Assembly (NCBI GenBank): GCA_038087875.1
Contig: CM075996.1
Coordinates: 9,240,001 to 9,304,000, forward strand
From: Malacoraja senta
Taxonomy: Eukaryota
Direction of reading: 5' to 3'
Length of the DNA: 64,000 nucleotides
This document shows, piece by piece, positions 39,068 to 52,327 of the stretch. The number at the start of each line of letters is the position of its first letter. The first letter of the stretch is position 1. Under the pieces are notes generated by a model that worked only from the letters and a program-made list of their open reading frames with translations, was not told the origin of the DNA and made no database searches. The position numbers and the translations under genes are program-made.

Positions 39068-39159
39068 CCGCCCAGATAGACTACGAGGAATTGCTGAACG
39101 GTTTAACGTGGATCCAGATGCAGTGCTGGATAATGTGCTCTATGCACGTGCCTATACTA
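39068..39159 (+). CDS. DMC1: DMC1 coding exon (exon 9 equivalent): [30 protein letters not shown]
   Basis: tgtag| and |gtaaga, 92 bp, phase 2/1. Confidence 0.97.
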
Positions 39160-39199
39160 GTAAGAAAATATTTATGTTTTACTGCAGCAATGAGACGTT

Positions 39200-39528
39200 T
39201 GATTGATTGAAAGATTTAAAGTTACAGCGTGGAAACAAGCCCTTCGGCCCACCGAGTCCATAACGACTGTCAGTCACCCTTTAACACTAATTCTATGGTA
39301 TCCCACTTTCTCATCTACTCTGCACACATCAGGGGCAACTTATAGAAGTCAATTAATCTACAAACCCACATGTCTTTGGCATGTGGGAGGAAAGCAGAGC
39401 ATCTGGAGCAGACCCGTGTGGTCTTGAGGAACATGCTAACTCCACACAGACAACACCCGAGGTCAGGATCGAACCCGGGTCTCTGGCACTATGAAGTAGC
39501 AGCTCTATCAATTGCGCCATAGTGCCAC
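39200..39528 (-). mobile_element. tRNA-derived SINE (HE1/V-SINE-like)
   Basis: B-box-like GGTTCGATCC on the minus strand near 39470; CR1-like tail GGAAACAAGCCCTTCGGCCC. Confidence 0.75.
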
Positions 39529-40569
39529 TTTGTGTGGGATATCTTTGTGCTGAATGGGATTGATTGATAGTGTATAGCAATGCTATATTGTTGAAATCTT
39601 GTTTATCTCCCAAATTTATGCATACATATAATTCCATAATAAATCAACTTTTATAGAATCGTACAACTTACCAGCTAAAGATTGGCCGTGACATTCATTG
39701 TGTCAATAGACTAATCTCACTGCCCAACTCCTGGTCCATAGAGGCAATGTTACGCCATTTAAAATGTTCATCAAAACGCTTCAAGAATATGAGGTGTTTT
39801 GCCACCACCACCTTCTGGTTAGTGAGTTACTGACCTTTAATATGCTTTGGGTGAATGAAATATCACCATCATTTCGCCTCATATAATTTCATACGGAAAT
39901 AAAATTTCAGTGAGGGTGATCCATCGATCAGTAGTTATCCATTAATGTTAATGATATTTTGGATTAAAAAAACTGTTTCCTGTTGACGAAGTAGTAAGCT
40001 AGAGGATTGGTAAAGATATAGGGAGCAGGATGATCAAACAAAAAAAAGTTGTGAAAGATATAAATAGGTTAGAAGATTTAATTGGAATTAAATATTTTAA
40101 AAATGTAAGCGCTTCTACAGCTTTGTAAAATGGACAGAGTAATAAAAAATACTTCCTTGGGAACAGAGGGTGATGACATTGTTATGTGAGATAAAGAAAT
40201 TATAAAACATTAAATTTTATTTATTTTCACTCTTGATGATTTAAGAAATAAGTATATTAAGGAGTATTAGAGGTCGAAGAACAGTGAGTACTTAAAGTAA
40301 CCAATATTACTGCGCAGAAAGTATTAGTAAAATAGAAGGAAACTAAAATCTGACTAATTCCTTGGATTTTGGAAGAGATGGTGGCAGTGATTAATTACTC
40401 AGAATTCTTTAGGTTTTGGAATAATCCCAGCAGACTGGAAGGTAGCAAATGTAATTCATACATTGATGAAAGAAAAGAGATATAGTTGAGAGCTATAAAA
40501 CAGTTATCCTTACAGATGAGTGGTAGAATCTGGGGGGAGTTGAGGGGAATGTAGGGAGGCTAATGTGAT

Positions 40570-41418
40570 ACAATACAATACAATACCGTTTATTGTCATT
40601 TGAACCTCAAATGAAGGTCAAATGAAATTTGGTTTCTGCAGTCATACAAACAAGTAAAAAGAACCAAGACACAACACAATTTACACAAACATCCATCACA
40701 GTGAATCTCCTCCTCACTGTGATGGAAGGCAAGGTCTTATCCCTCCCCTGCACTCCACATTCTCCTCCCGATGTCAAAGTCAAAGCCCCCGGCGGGCGAT
40801 GGTAAATATGTCCCGTGGCCATTAAAGCCGCGCCGGGCGATGCAAGGCCGCGCTCCGGGTCTTGATGTTGGAGCCCCCGGCGGGCGCTAGCAAGTCCAGC
40901 GGCCATTTAAAGCCGCGCCGGGCGATGTAAGACCCCGCTCCAGGTCATCTTCAACCCCGCAACTCGGGCGGGAGAAGTCGCCGTTGCGGGAGCCCCGAAA
41001 AGCAGTCTTCCACCAGGGACCCGCGAGCTCCCGATGTCACCGTCCACCGGGCCGGCGGCTGGAGCCTCCGAATCTCCGGGGTCGGGTCGCAGCCGCGCGC
41101 CAGCACAGCTCCTCCCGTTCCGAACTCGGCCAGCTCCGCGATGGTGAGTAAGTCCGCCGGCTCCGCGACTGGAGCCCCAGGTCGCTCCGTTGGAGGCTGC
41201 TCCACGGTGCTAGGCCCCAACGACAACGGAGACCCGACTGAGAAAGGTCTGGTCTCCCGTGCAGGGAAAAGATTTTAAAAGTTTCCCCCACCCTGCCCCC
41301 CCCCCCCCACACATACCCAGTTAAAAAAAACACTATAAACAAAACTCAAACGAAACAAAAAAATAAAAAAGACAGACGGACTGCAGAGGCCGCTGCGATG
41401 TGAGTCGTGCCGCCCACC
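40570..41418 (-). mobile_element. GC-rich non-autonomous retroelement with a simple-repeat LINE-like tail
   Basis: (ATACA)n tail; shares AACATCCA..ACAGTGA...CACTGTGATGGAAGGC and GACAGAC.GACTG blocks with 41828-42550; no credible coding ORF. Confidence 0.5.
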
Positions 41419-41827
41419 CATGGGTGTTGGATTAGTAGAAATGTCAGTATGACAGCCGAAGGGCCTGTTTCCATGCCATATGACTGTTTAATTGTCCATT
41501 ATTATTCATAATTAAATCTTCTGCAGAGCTATAATCTGATCCAATGGTTGTGAAATGGCTTAACTTTATCCTTGCATGAGCTGCTCTTAGAGTCTGAAGA
41601 AGGGTCCAGAACCGAAATGTTGCCAATCCATTCCCTTCACAGATGTTGCCTGATCTGTGAGTTCCTCCAGCATTTTCTGCTTTGCTCAAGATTCCAACAT
41701 CTGTAGTTCATTGTATCTCTATAGGCTGCTGTTTATGCTCTTTGGCATGCTAGTCCTAAGAATAAAACATATTTATTACATTTTGAATTCCTATCTCCGT
41801 TCAAGAAGTCTTTCAGTGAAGTATATA

Positions 41828-42550
41828 ATCATAATCATACTTTATTAGCCAAGTATGTTTTGCAACACACGAGGAATTTCATTTGCCATACAGTCATACT
41901 TTTAAAAAGCAACAAAACACACAAAATACATTTTAACATAAACATCCACCATAGTGACTCTTCCACATTCCCCACTGTGATGGAAGGCGAAAAAAAGTTC
42001 AATCTCTTCCCTTCTTTGTTCTCCCGAGGTTGGGGGCCTCGAGCCTTCTGTTGACGGAGCGATCTTGATTCCCGTAGCCGGCGGCATTTGTGCCCTTCGT
42101 GTTCGGGGCGATCAAGCTCCTGCATCGGGGGGGAACTCTCAGCTCGATCTAACCCTGGGTCGGGGCTGGTCGAAACCTTCTGCGACTGGAGCTTCCCGAC
42201 TCGGTCTCTACCCGAGACTGGAGCACCGCGAAGTTGAAATCCGCAGGCCTCGGTTGGAGCATCGATCCCTGGCAAGGGATCACAGGCTCCGATGGTAAGT
42301 CCATGTCCCCACGGTGGGGCTCAAAGTCAGTCCCGAGCGAGGCCTTCAGGTCCATGATGTTAGGCCGCAGAGCGACTGGAGATACGATCCGGAAAACAAT
42401 CGCATCTCCGACCCACTCCTTCGCCCCCCCCCACCCCCCACATAAAACAAACCCGAGAACATTAACACAAACTTTTAAAATACACTAAAAATAACAAAAA
42501 TAGACAGACAGACTGTTGGCGAGGCTGCTATCATGCAGCGCCCCCTGGTG
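41828..42550 (-). mobile_element. GC-rich non-autonomous retroelement related to 40570-41418
   Basis: Tail TTTATTAGCCAAGTATG...CACACGAGGAATTT resembles the Rex1 3' end at 17089-17125. Confidence 0.5.
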
Positions 42551-44803
42551 TCTAAGGGACACAGGGACCCCTGCTGCAATCACATAAGTCGCTGCATCAT
42601 TGCATCTCTCTTCACACAGATCATCCAGATTAAGCAAGGCATGAACAACAGGGATCTTGAGCAATCGCTCATATTTCACAATAGGCATCTAAAAACAGTG
42701 TTGTGCAGATAGTCAAATTGTTATGGAAGAGAACCGTGAATGATTGATTGTCGTAAAACTGCAGATGCTGGAAATCTGGAATAAAAGCAGCTTAATCAAT
42801 AGATTAGGTGGCATCTGTGGAAAAGGATACAAAATTCTGATGAAGGGTCTTTGACCTGAAATGTTAACTCTTTCCACAGATACAGCCTGTGCTGCTGATT
42901 GCTTCCAGCACTTCGTTTAATTCTGGAGAACTCGAGGTCTTCCTGGAGGGCACATCAGTACATCTGTTCTGGTCAAACAGACATGAAGGAGCATAAGAGA
43001 AAACACACAGGAGAAAGTTAATAAAGATGCATGACATTATGCTTAAATTCATTGACCAACAATTTACCATATGGTTTGGGAACCATTCAGGAGTCTATTT
43101 GCATCTTGTTAATCAGAACCTAGAGAGAATAAACTCAACTATTGAGGCACATGAAATTCCCAGCCTTTGGAGAAACGTGATCATAAGCTGATGGAATTTT
43201 ATATTGAATTTGAAAGTGCTGAGTCTAATTGTGAAAATAAGGTCTTGCATCTAAACAAAGGAAGCAGTTTAGAAATAGGAAGTGTAATTGGGGAAGTTGC
43301 AAAGATAGAGGATTTGGTGATGCCACACCCAAAGTAGTTCCAACTCCTTTATTGAAGAAAGCATTTACTAACATTTGAAGCAGTCTGGCTGGGCTAATTC
43401 CTGAGAGGAGGAGACGGTTGAGTTAGCATATTTGGCTAAAGAAATTAGATTTATATTCTTTGGAGTTTAGAAGAATAAGGGATGAAATATGAGATCCTAA
43501 GGGAGCAGGACAGGGCAGATGTCAAGACGTTTCCACAAATGGGGGAAAATACAAGATAAGGGGACAGTCATTTCAAACAGGTACATTGTAATGTCATCTC
43601 TCAGAAGGTGGTGAATCCCTGCAATTCCCTATCTCCCATTTGAGGGGTAGGGGTAAGAATGCATAGGTAAGAACACGAGAGATTAAATATGATGTGGGGA
43701 AATCCGAGGTCACCCACTTTGGTGCGTACAACAGAAAAGCAGAGTACTTGTTAAATGATAAGAGATTGGGCGGTGTTGATGTTCAAGGGAACTCGGGTAT
43801 GCTTGAGCACTCATCATTAAAGGGCAGTGTGTACATGCAGCAAGATATATTGATGATTAATGGAGCAAGTTGATAGCCTGGATGACCTACTCATGTTCCT
43901 AATTCTAATATTCTTACATTCCGTCTTGGTTTCCCTTGTGGATTCTGCTGCAGCCTCATGGCATGCACAGATGGAGTTGATTCACATGATGTAGAATGCA
44001 CAAACTGCATGTACTGGGTATCTGCCAAATAATAGTTGTGAGCAGATTGTTATTGTGCAGGCACAGAGTTGTAATAATGCAGGATCAGAGCGATGTCACC
44101 GATAAGTCGAAAGGAGCGACGGATTTCTTGGGTCTGGTGGCTTTAAAAGTAGCTGTGTCATATTACTTGGTCACCTACTGGGCAAGAAATGTTAACTTCT
44201 TCAACTAATGGTTTATGGCAATCTTCATATCTGACCTGTTTGTTTTATGCTTAAGAAGGAACTGCAGATGCTGGAAAATCGAAGGTAGACTAAAATGCTG
44301 GAGAAACTCAGTGGGTGAAGAAGGGTCTCGACCCGAAACGTTGCCTATTTCATTCGCTCCATAGATGCTGCCTCACCCGCTGATTGTTTTATGTTTGCAC
44401 CCGCCAATCAATCCCATGAGCTGAACACTTTAATGACACCCTGTGAAACTCTTGCCAATTAAAGCCCTGATATATAATTAGTATATAATTAGTAACAATT
44501 AGATTCCTAACATATGGTTTAAATTCTGGAAGATGATCATTCCGATTAAAAAATATCAGGGCAGGTAATATCAGCGTCCAGCTATTGCATCGACGAATAC
44601 ACCAAAATTAGATAATGTTTCACAAATTTATGTTTAGTTCCTTTTTAACTTTGCTGAGTACATTTTTACTTGCTTTCATTAGACATTACTCCTCAGGAAA
44701 CGATTTGAATGCAAAGATGTTTGCGATCTCAATAAAACTCTGATCTGCTATTTGTTCGTGAAGATGAAAATTGTTGTGCATTAACATTCTGTGTCATTGA
44801 CAG

Positions 44804-44877
44804 GTGAACACCAAATGGAATTACTGGATTATGTAGCTGCCAAATTCCACGAAGAGGGCGGAATTTTCAAACTCTTG
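44804..44877 (+). CDS. DMC1: DMC1 coding exon (exon 10 equivalent): (S)EHQMELLDYVAAKFHEEGGIFKLL
   Basis: gacag| and |gtatcc, 74 bp, phase 1/0. Confidence 0.97.
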
Positions 44878-45801
44878 GTATCCATTAATTGATACTTTTC
44901 ATGTTGTCCAAAACTTCATTATATCAAGACAGATGGCAGATATTTCTGATCTAGACTTAGGAAGTATAATAATAGATGGGCATTTAAGCTACTTGTTGGC
45001 CCAATGTTTATTGAGGGTGGTACCCATTATCTAGTTATATGTTGAAGAGTGGGCGCATCATTTAGTTCTTTGGAATAGGTGCAATATCCGAGTTTATTGG
45101 AGAATAAGACACATCCACTTGTACATTGGAGAATGGACCCATTACCTAATTATTTATCCTGGCCCATTATCTAATTTCAATATCATTAGACAGGACCTGG
45201 GATTGTGTAGACTCTGAGCAGCTACCTACAGGTAAATCTACATTCAGGAAGTGAGAATCTTTTAAAAGTGAAATGGTTAGAGTTTCGGGCCACCACGTTG
45301 GCATAAAGATGATGGGTAAAAGTGACAAGTCCAGGAACAGTGTGAATGTCCAGGGATACATAGTGTTTAATAAAGAAAAATGGAAAGCACATCGGATGTT
45401 TGTGGGAGGAACTGAGAATGTGGAAAAAAAGGCCCTGCAACAATACAGAGAATGCAGAGGAGTGCTTCAAAAAGACATATGTATGGCAAACAGGGGCCAT
45501 AAAATATTACTGGCAAATAGGTGGAAGGAAAAATCCCAAAGCATTTTAGGAGCATTAAGAGCAAGTGGGTATTCAGGGGGGGCCATTGGGAAGCAAAGGA
45601 GCAGAATGTGCATAAAGCCTGAGGTTGTGGACAAGGTTTTAAAATGAATGCTTGGCATCTATATTTACTAAGGAGAAAATGATTGTGGTTGCTGATTTCA
45701 GTTGAGATGATCAAATTCTAGAGAATGTTAAGGTTAAAACGAGAGGGTATTAGGATTGCTGTGTCAGTTGAGTGGGGAAATTGCTAGAACCTTGGCTGGA
45801 G

Positions 45802-48800
45802 ATAGTTATATCTTTATTTTATGAGCAGTTACGTTGGTGATTACATGAAGAAGACCCGTCAGGGCGCCTGCGCGTCAATCTTCAAAGCAGCGGTGTGAAA
45901 TCACAAACAACAAGAACGAAGTAATATAGTAACATAATAAAACGAGTATATCAAGAACTTCCATCTGACCTTTATGAAAGAGGGTTGGGCCGTGGTGGGC
46001 ACGTAATCACCAACGTAACTCCTGATAAAATAAAGATCAAACTTCAAACTGGTAGGTTCTCGTTTAATCTTACTATTTAACTTCGGAGTCACGTGAGTGA
46101 CTATGTGAAGATTTTAAAGCTTTGTGATTTCATGCCGCAGATACAAATCCCGGCTTCTTACTGCATTGATTGACTCGGAACGAGAAATAATCAATAATGC
46201 ATTAATAATGATATTTGCATGACAAATGCAGTAATTCATTTATTTGAATAAAATAATTAACAGTATCCCCTTTAACCCAGGGAAATTTAAGCAGAACTTA
46301 ATATAGTATCTGCAAACAGCCCCGTATTGGCAATAGGCCGATGGTAAAAGTGTTGAAACACCAACTTATTAGATCACCCGGTGGCTGCAAAAATATGGTC
46401 GACGGGACGTCCTTCGCCCTGGTCGCCATTGTTGCTGCTAAATCGAATGGGGTGTAAAAACATCAATGTTCACACCTGCAGCAAGCAAAACTTGTTTTAA
46501 CCATCTTAAAATAGTCTGAACTGACACTATCTTGTATGGTTTTTCGTGAATGATAAACAATCTTGTTTTCATATTTCATAAGACCTTTGTAGCCTCAATG
46601 TATTGCAACAAATATGTCTTAACACATAGACATGGATCCATGGAATATGCTAATAAAACACTCTTGAATCCTGTCACACCTGATCCTACTTCATTTGAGT
46701 AGGTCATAAAATGTAAAAACATAACATAATCCTAAGGTACTTCCATCCTGTGTATCTGTAACTTTTGTAATGTCTGCACTCTCTGTGCTTGTTACAAGTG
46801 CCATAAGCATGACTACCTTCATGCTGAACTTGGCCAAATCAGAATCGTACCAAGAGTCCATTGATGAAGTAGCTTAAAACAACTCTATATTCCAGATTCC
46901 CATCCTAGGTTTAGAAGGTCTGGAATTAAAATTCCTTTCATTAATCTGGAAATGAAAGAACAAGACTCAACAGGATGTCTTTCCGACCTCATGAATAAAA
47001 AACGAGGATAATGTACTTCTGGCTGAATAAATCGCACTATAACTCAACCCCTCAAATAGAGTGTTGAGAAAACCCAAGAGATTTGAGACATGTGCCATAC
47101 AACATTCCATATTCTTTTATACACAGAAAATTTTCCCCCATTCTTTACATAATGGGAAAGCAGCATTTACAGAGTCACAACCTCAGATTCGCAAATGTAC
47201 TGCTTTTGAGTACTCTTCCGCCAGACTGCTGTAAGCATGTCCACGGCATGCCCAGACAATCCTCTTTTTAAAACCTGCAAATTAACAGATCCATACAGGC
47301 ATATAACGGATGTTACTCTCCAATTATCGGATACACATAACTCCCTTCTTTTGGGAACCTTTATCAGAAACTGTGTCATAAATTCCAATATCAAAGGGAA
47401 CCATGGCTGCGTAGACCAGTCTGGTACCACCAGTACCCCAGAGGCAGCATCCTGCTTCATTTTAAGCAGACACCGGTTTATGAGACAGTATGATGGAAAA
47501 TGCATATAAAAACATACCACCCTAATGTAGCGAGAAACATCAATCGCTACTGTCTCCCGATGTAGTTCCCATAACACATATCTCTGTAACTGGTGATTGA
47601 GTCTGGATGGAAACAAGTCGTATCTGGCTTCCCAAATCTGACTATTATATCATTAAAATCTTAAGGTTCAACATCCATTCTTTATCATGGAAATTCCCGA
47701 AACCTGGTGTCTGCTACTATATTGAATCTACCTAGTAGATAAATAGCTGAAACCAAATATTTGTCAACACATCAAGTCCAGATTTGATTAGCCAATTTGT
47801 CATATGGCACCAAATTAATTCCATCCATACAATTAATACATGCCATTGCTGTAGTGTTGTTAATTTGAAGCTGTACATGCAGATTAGTTGTATTAACAAC
47901 CAGCTTGGAGCTCATAAGCCTTCCAATAGCTGTAAAACGTCGATTCTCCATGTCTGCAAAAATAATGTTTCTTCCATATTCCGTGAGTCCACAGATGGAT
48001 ACCTTTTCAGTGGCACCAATCCTAGTACACTGACATCAGTCTGTAAGACCATGGAAGGCTATTCAATCAGTATCTTGCTTGAACTACTGGAAACATGTTA
48101 AATCCACCACTGCAAATCAGAAGCAGCATTTGTTGTTTAACTGCATGGCCTATCAAAAATGGCCACCATGCATCTTAGTGCCTTTCTTTTTGCAGTCTGT
48201 AGCTGCTGGTATTACTATGGCCCATATTGTATTGCTGGAAATAACACTAATTTCCCTAGCAAGCGGGCCACCTGTCTTAATTGACGATTGTTGCTTTTTC
48301 AACAGCTTAATGCAACCATCAATCAGCTCTACCCTTTCCCTGGGTAAATTACTACCCTGTCAATTGAATCAATTGTGAAATTAAAATAATCAATTGTTGT
48401 ATGTGGCGTTAACCTTAATTTCTCTCTGGATGAATTAAACCCAACTTTCAAAAGTGGATTGAACAATTGAGAGAGATAACTCACTAATTCTCTTGTTCGT
48501 CCTAATTAGGACATCATCCAGTTAAGCCATCAACATCTGTCCTTGGACTCTAATTAGCCCCAAAATTGCTTTTACCAATTTGGTGAAATTCTAGGAACTG
48601 AAGTTAACCCATGAGACAGAACTTTGAATTGCCATAATTGTTCATTCAGATAAATTTCAAATATTTTTATCTTACAAATGAACAGACACTAAGTAATATA
48701 CATCTTTCAGATCGATAAGTGCCATATCACATCTTTTGAAATCAGTTGTTTGGCAGTCTCAAAGTCTCCATTTTGAAGTGTCTATACTTCACAAAATTTT

Positions 48801-50570
48801 AAAGACTTGTCAGATCTAAAATACTCCTCACCTTTTTAGGTCGAGAAATTTTAAAAACACAATTTGGTTGTTTTGATAAACTGACCTTTCAATTACTTGT
48901 TTATAGACAAGTTTTCAATTCAGCTTGAACCTCCATCACTTCTTATTGTGAAATTGGAGTGTTCTGCTTGGAACATGCTGGATGGCAAATCACTATTTGG
49001 ATCGAATCAATTCGAAACCTTTGAATAATACTCAGAATAATAAATCTGAAGTAATTTGCTTCCAATATTTGGCTGTTTTTGCCTTAATATGTTCCCATGA
49101 GAACCAGGTCCACCTACCTCCTTTGTCACCTGAGTAACTTGTAGGAAAAACCCACGCTTTTTCGTTTTCCCGCTGCAGGAGACAAACTGCGCCCCTGCTT
49201 CACTGGTCGATTTGTTCCTGGTGTATGCCCAGGATTTTGTATGATGTCTGAAAGGATACCTCCTCTTTGCAGACTTGCCTAGCATTGATGTTTTGATCAA
49301 CCTTGCTGTTTTTGCCTCATCATCCAACTCTTTCCCACGTTTCGTGAGGTTTTTTCTTTGAAGAGTAAGTTGAATGACTGCACATTGCTGGGCTTTACAG
49401 AGTTGCTGCAACTTGGGGTTGATTGTGGACTGAATGGCATACTTCCTGAAACAATTCATCTTGAAGTGGGCGCTACATAGCAACCCTAGTGCCACTTGAT
49501 GCATCTCCATCCCTGGCCTCCATCCATTATTTTTGCAAAATTGCAGTTGTTCATCAACCCAGCAGCTTCAATATTCTCTGCAGTTTACTTTTCTTGGGCT
49601 CACATGCCCTCGCCCATCTGACCCCTTATATCTTGGTTCACTGCTAGTACTTTCAGCAATACGCAGTTCCTTGGGGTCTCGTGCTTTTTTGGCATTTTCA
49701 TCCATCGTAAGCTACTAGAGCTGATGGAAGATACAATAGTTGATCGCAGAGGCCACTTCCTTTCCCAGTGGCTCTCTTGACTGACGGGGCAGCTAATCGT
49801 ACTGCCAGGAGTAAAACATCTGGCAGCTGCCGTCTTCGCTTGTATCGGCCTCACCGTCAGATTCAGGGTCAGAACTCTCACAGAGCAGCGAATCATACTA
49901 CCAGGAATAGAACATCTGGCAGCTGCCGTCTTCGCTTGTATCGGAAACTCTGCTGACCCTGTGCACGCACCTCATCAATGAGGGTGCTCTTAAACAGCCC
50001 TTTGCTAGGTGCTGCTGACCTGGCTTCTGGAGCCTGGCTTTGGTTACACTCTTCCCTGAGTGTGCTTTTCTCCAGTAACCTGTGTAACAGGCTTTTCATC
50101 TGAGAAATCCGCTCAAAAGCGGTATCCAGCCCTGGAGTCGCATCCTCCTGATGGGACTCCTCCGTGGGCCTCACGGACTTGAATTTAGCCTTGCGCCCCA
50201 CTGACGCTGACTGAGTTCTTTTCAACCCCAAGTCCACAGTCGCTACGCTCCCAGCCGGCGACTGCACAGGGGTCTGAGGCAGCTGTTCGCCGACCGCAAT
50301 CTTGCGACTTTCCACCGGCTTTGCCGCTCGCCTCTTCCCCTTGTCCGTTTTTTCCATGGCACCTGTGGAAAAAATCCCCACAGACCCACAGCAAACGGAC
50401 CCGGAAACTATTGAAAAAGTCTTTACTTACCTTGTAGTTGACAACTACATTTGCACTAGATGAGCGCTGCTCCTCACGTCCGTTCGCGCCAATGCGTCTT
50501 GACGTAATGACGCGCAGGCGCCCTAACGGGTCTTCTTCACCTAGTCACTCACGTGACTCTGAAGTAAAAT
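45802..50570 (-). mobile_element. DIRS1-like retrotransposon, copy B (heavily decayed), inserted in an old CR1
   Basis: 5' terminus ATTTTACTTCAGAGTCACGTGAGTGACT at 50570; ICR about 46000-46110; gag (49893..50381, 49007..49510) and MT/YR (47167..47616) remnants. Confidence 0.9.
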
Positions 50571-51854
50571 CAGTGATATGGAAGTTATTGGAAAACAATA
50601 CTGAGGAACAGGATTAATCTGAACTTGGAAGGACAGGGTTTGATCACAGGTGGTCAGCATGGATTTATTGGTGGGAGATCTGTCTGACTAATTGAGTTTT
50701 TGAAGCGGTAACTGAATATATTGATGGGGGGGGGGGGATGTAGTTGATAGGACTTCAATCAGTTCTTTAACAAGTTCCCATCTGAAAGGCTGGTCCAAAG
50801 GATTAAAGCCCATGGGAACCAAGGCATGTTGGCAAATTGGATGCAACATTGGCTTGGTGATGGGAGACAAAGGATGATGATGGAGGAATGCTATTCTGAT
50901 TGCAAGCCAGTGACCAATCATGTACTGCAGGTATCAGATGCTGAGACCCATCCTATTAGTTGTATACATTAATTACTTAGATATGAATCATAGGAAGTAT
51001 GATTAGTAGGTTTATGGATGCCACAGATATTGGTGATATTGTCGAAGGTGATGAGGGTCCTAGGTGCTTTCCATTACAGACACAGGCAGTTCAACACTTG
51101 CCCTTTCACCTCCCCCTTCCAACTGCATAGGTGAAGCAGTGATTCACTTGTACTCCTAGTCTGGTGTTCCTCTCTTGTTAGAGAGATCAAATGCAGATTG
51201 GGCTTTGTGAAGTACCTGTGGGTCCAGAGTTTCCCATTGCTGGCCACTTTAAATTCTCATCCACTCCTACTCTGACCTATCGATACGAGTGCTTATGCAC
51301 TGTCACAGTGAGACCCAATGCAAGCTTGAGCAACAGCACCTCATCTTCAGTCTGGATCCTTGGTAATGGCCCATCTTTGAAAATGGCTCACCTTGTTTGT
51401 TTTTATTTCATCCCTTCCAATACAGGATATTCCTATCAATCCTACCCACAGGCAATGTACTCTCCCCAAGAACGTCCAGATTCCTGCCACTGGGACTTCT
51501 TGCCAGTCAGGCAGTGCCATTAGCTAAGTGACAGTAGGAAACAAAGCTGAAAATCCTAATTAAGCCGTGATATTAAGCTGATTTGTATCACTATGCTCCC
51601 AGCCATATAAATTCTTCATCTGCACTCTCCTGTATATACTGGGGCAAATGTGTTGTTTATTAAGTTCAGTTAGCAACAGACTAAAAATAACAACAAATAT
51701 CCTGTGCATTCCAATCATTTTACCGACTTTAATCTGCAACTAGTTCAAAGTCAGGCCTAGAATTAATATTTTCCTTATTTATCTGTGCATGAGCATATTT
51801 TTGATGCAGATTTCTTTATAAACGAATCTTAACTAATTGTACATCTGTTCTCAG

Positions 51855-51969
51855 ATCATAGATTCAATCATGGCGCTTTTCCGAGTTGATTTCAGTGGCC
51901 GTGGTGAGCTTGCAGAACGTCAGCAGAAACTGGCTCAGATGCTTTCCCGCTTGCAGAAAATCTCTGAAG
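51855..51969 (+). CDS. DMC1: DMC1 coding exon (exon 11 equivalent): [38 protein letters not shown], Walker B and L1 loop
   Basis: ctcag| and |gtatgt, 115 bp, phase 0/1; matches human DMC1 in this segment. Confidence 0.97.
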
Positions 51970-52327
51970 GTATGTATTAACGGGTAACGTCCACTTCAGA
52001 GTACGTTGTTTCAAAGGTGACAACTCTCTCCAGGATATTCCATTGACTCCATTTACACCTCACGCTGCCTCAGCAAGGCCACCAGCATAATCAAGGTTGA
52101 GTCTCACCCTTCTCCCTCTTCTCCCCTTTCCCATCAGGCAAGAAATACAGGTGTGAAAACGCATACCTCCAGATTCAAGGACAGTTTCTTCCCAGCCGTT
52201 ATCAGGCAACAACTAGAGAGTGGTCCTGAGCTACTATCTACCTCATTGAAGACCCTCGGATCTAGCACTAAACGTTATTCCCCTTATCATGTATCTGTAC
52301 AGTGTGGATGGCTCGATTGTAATCATG

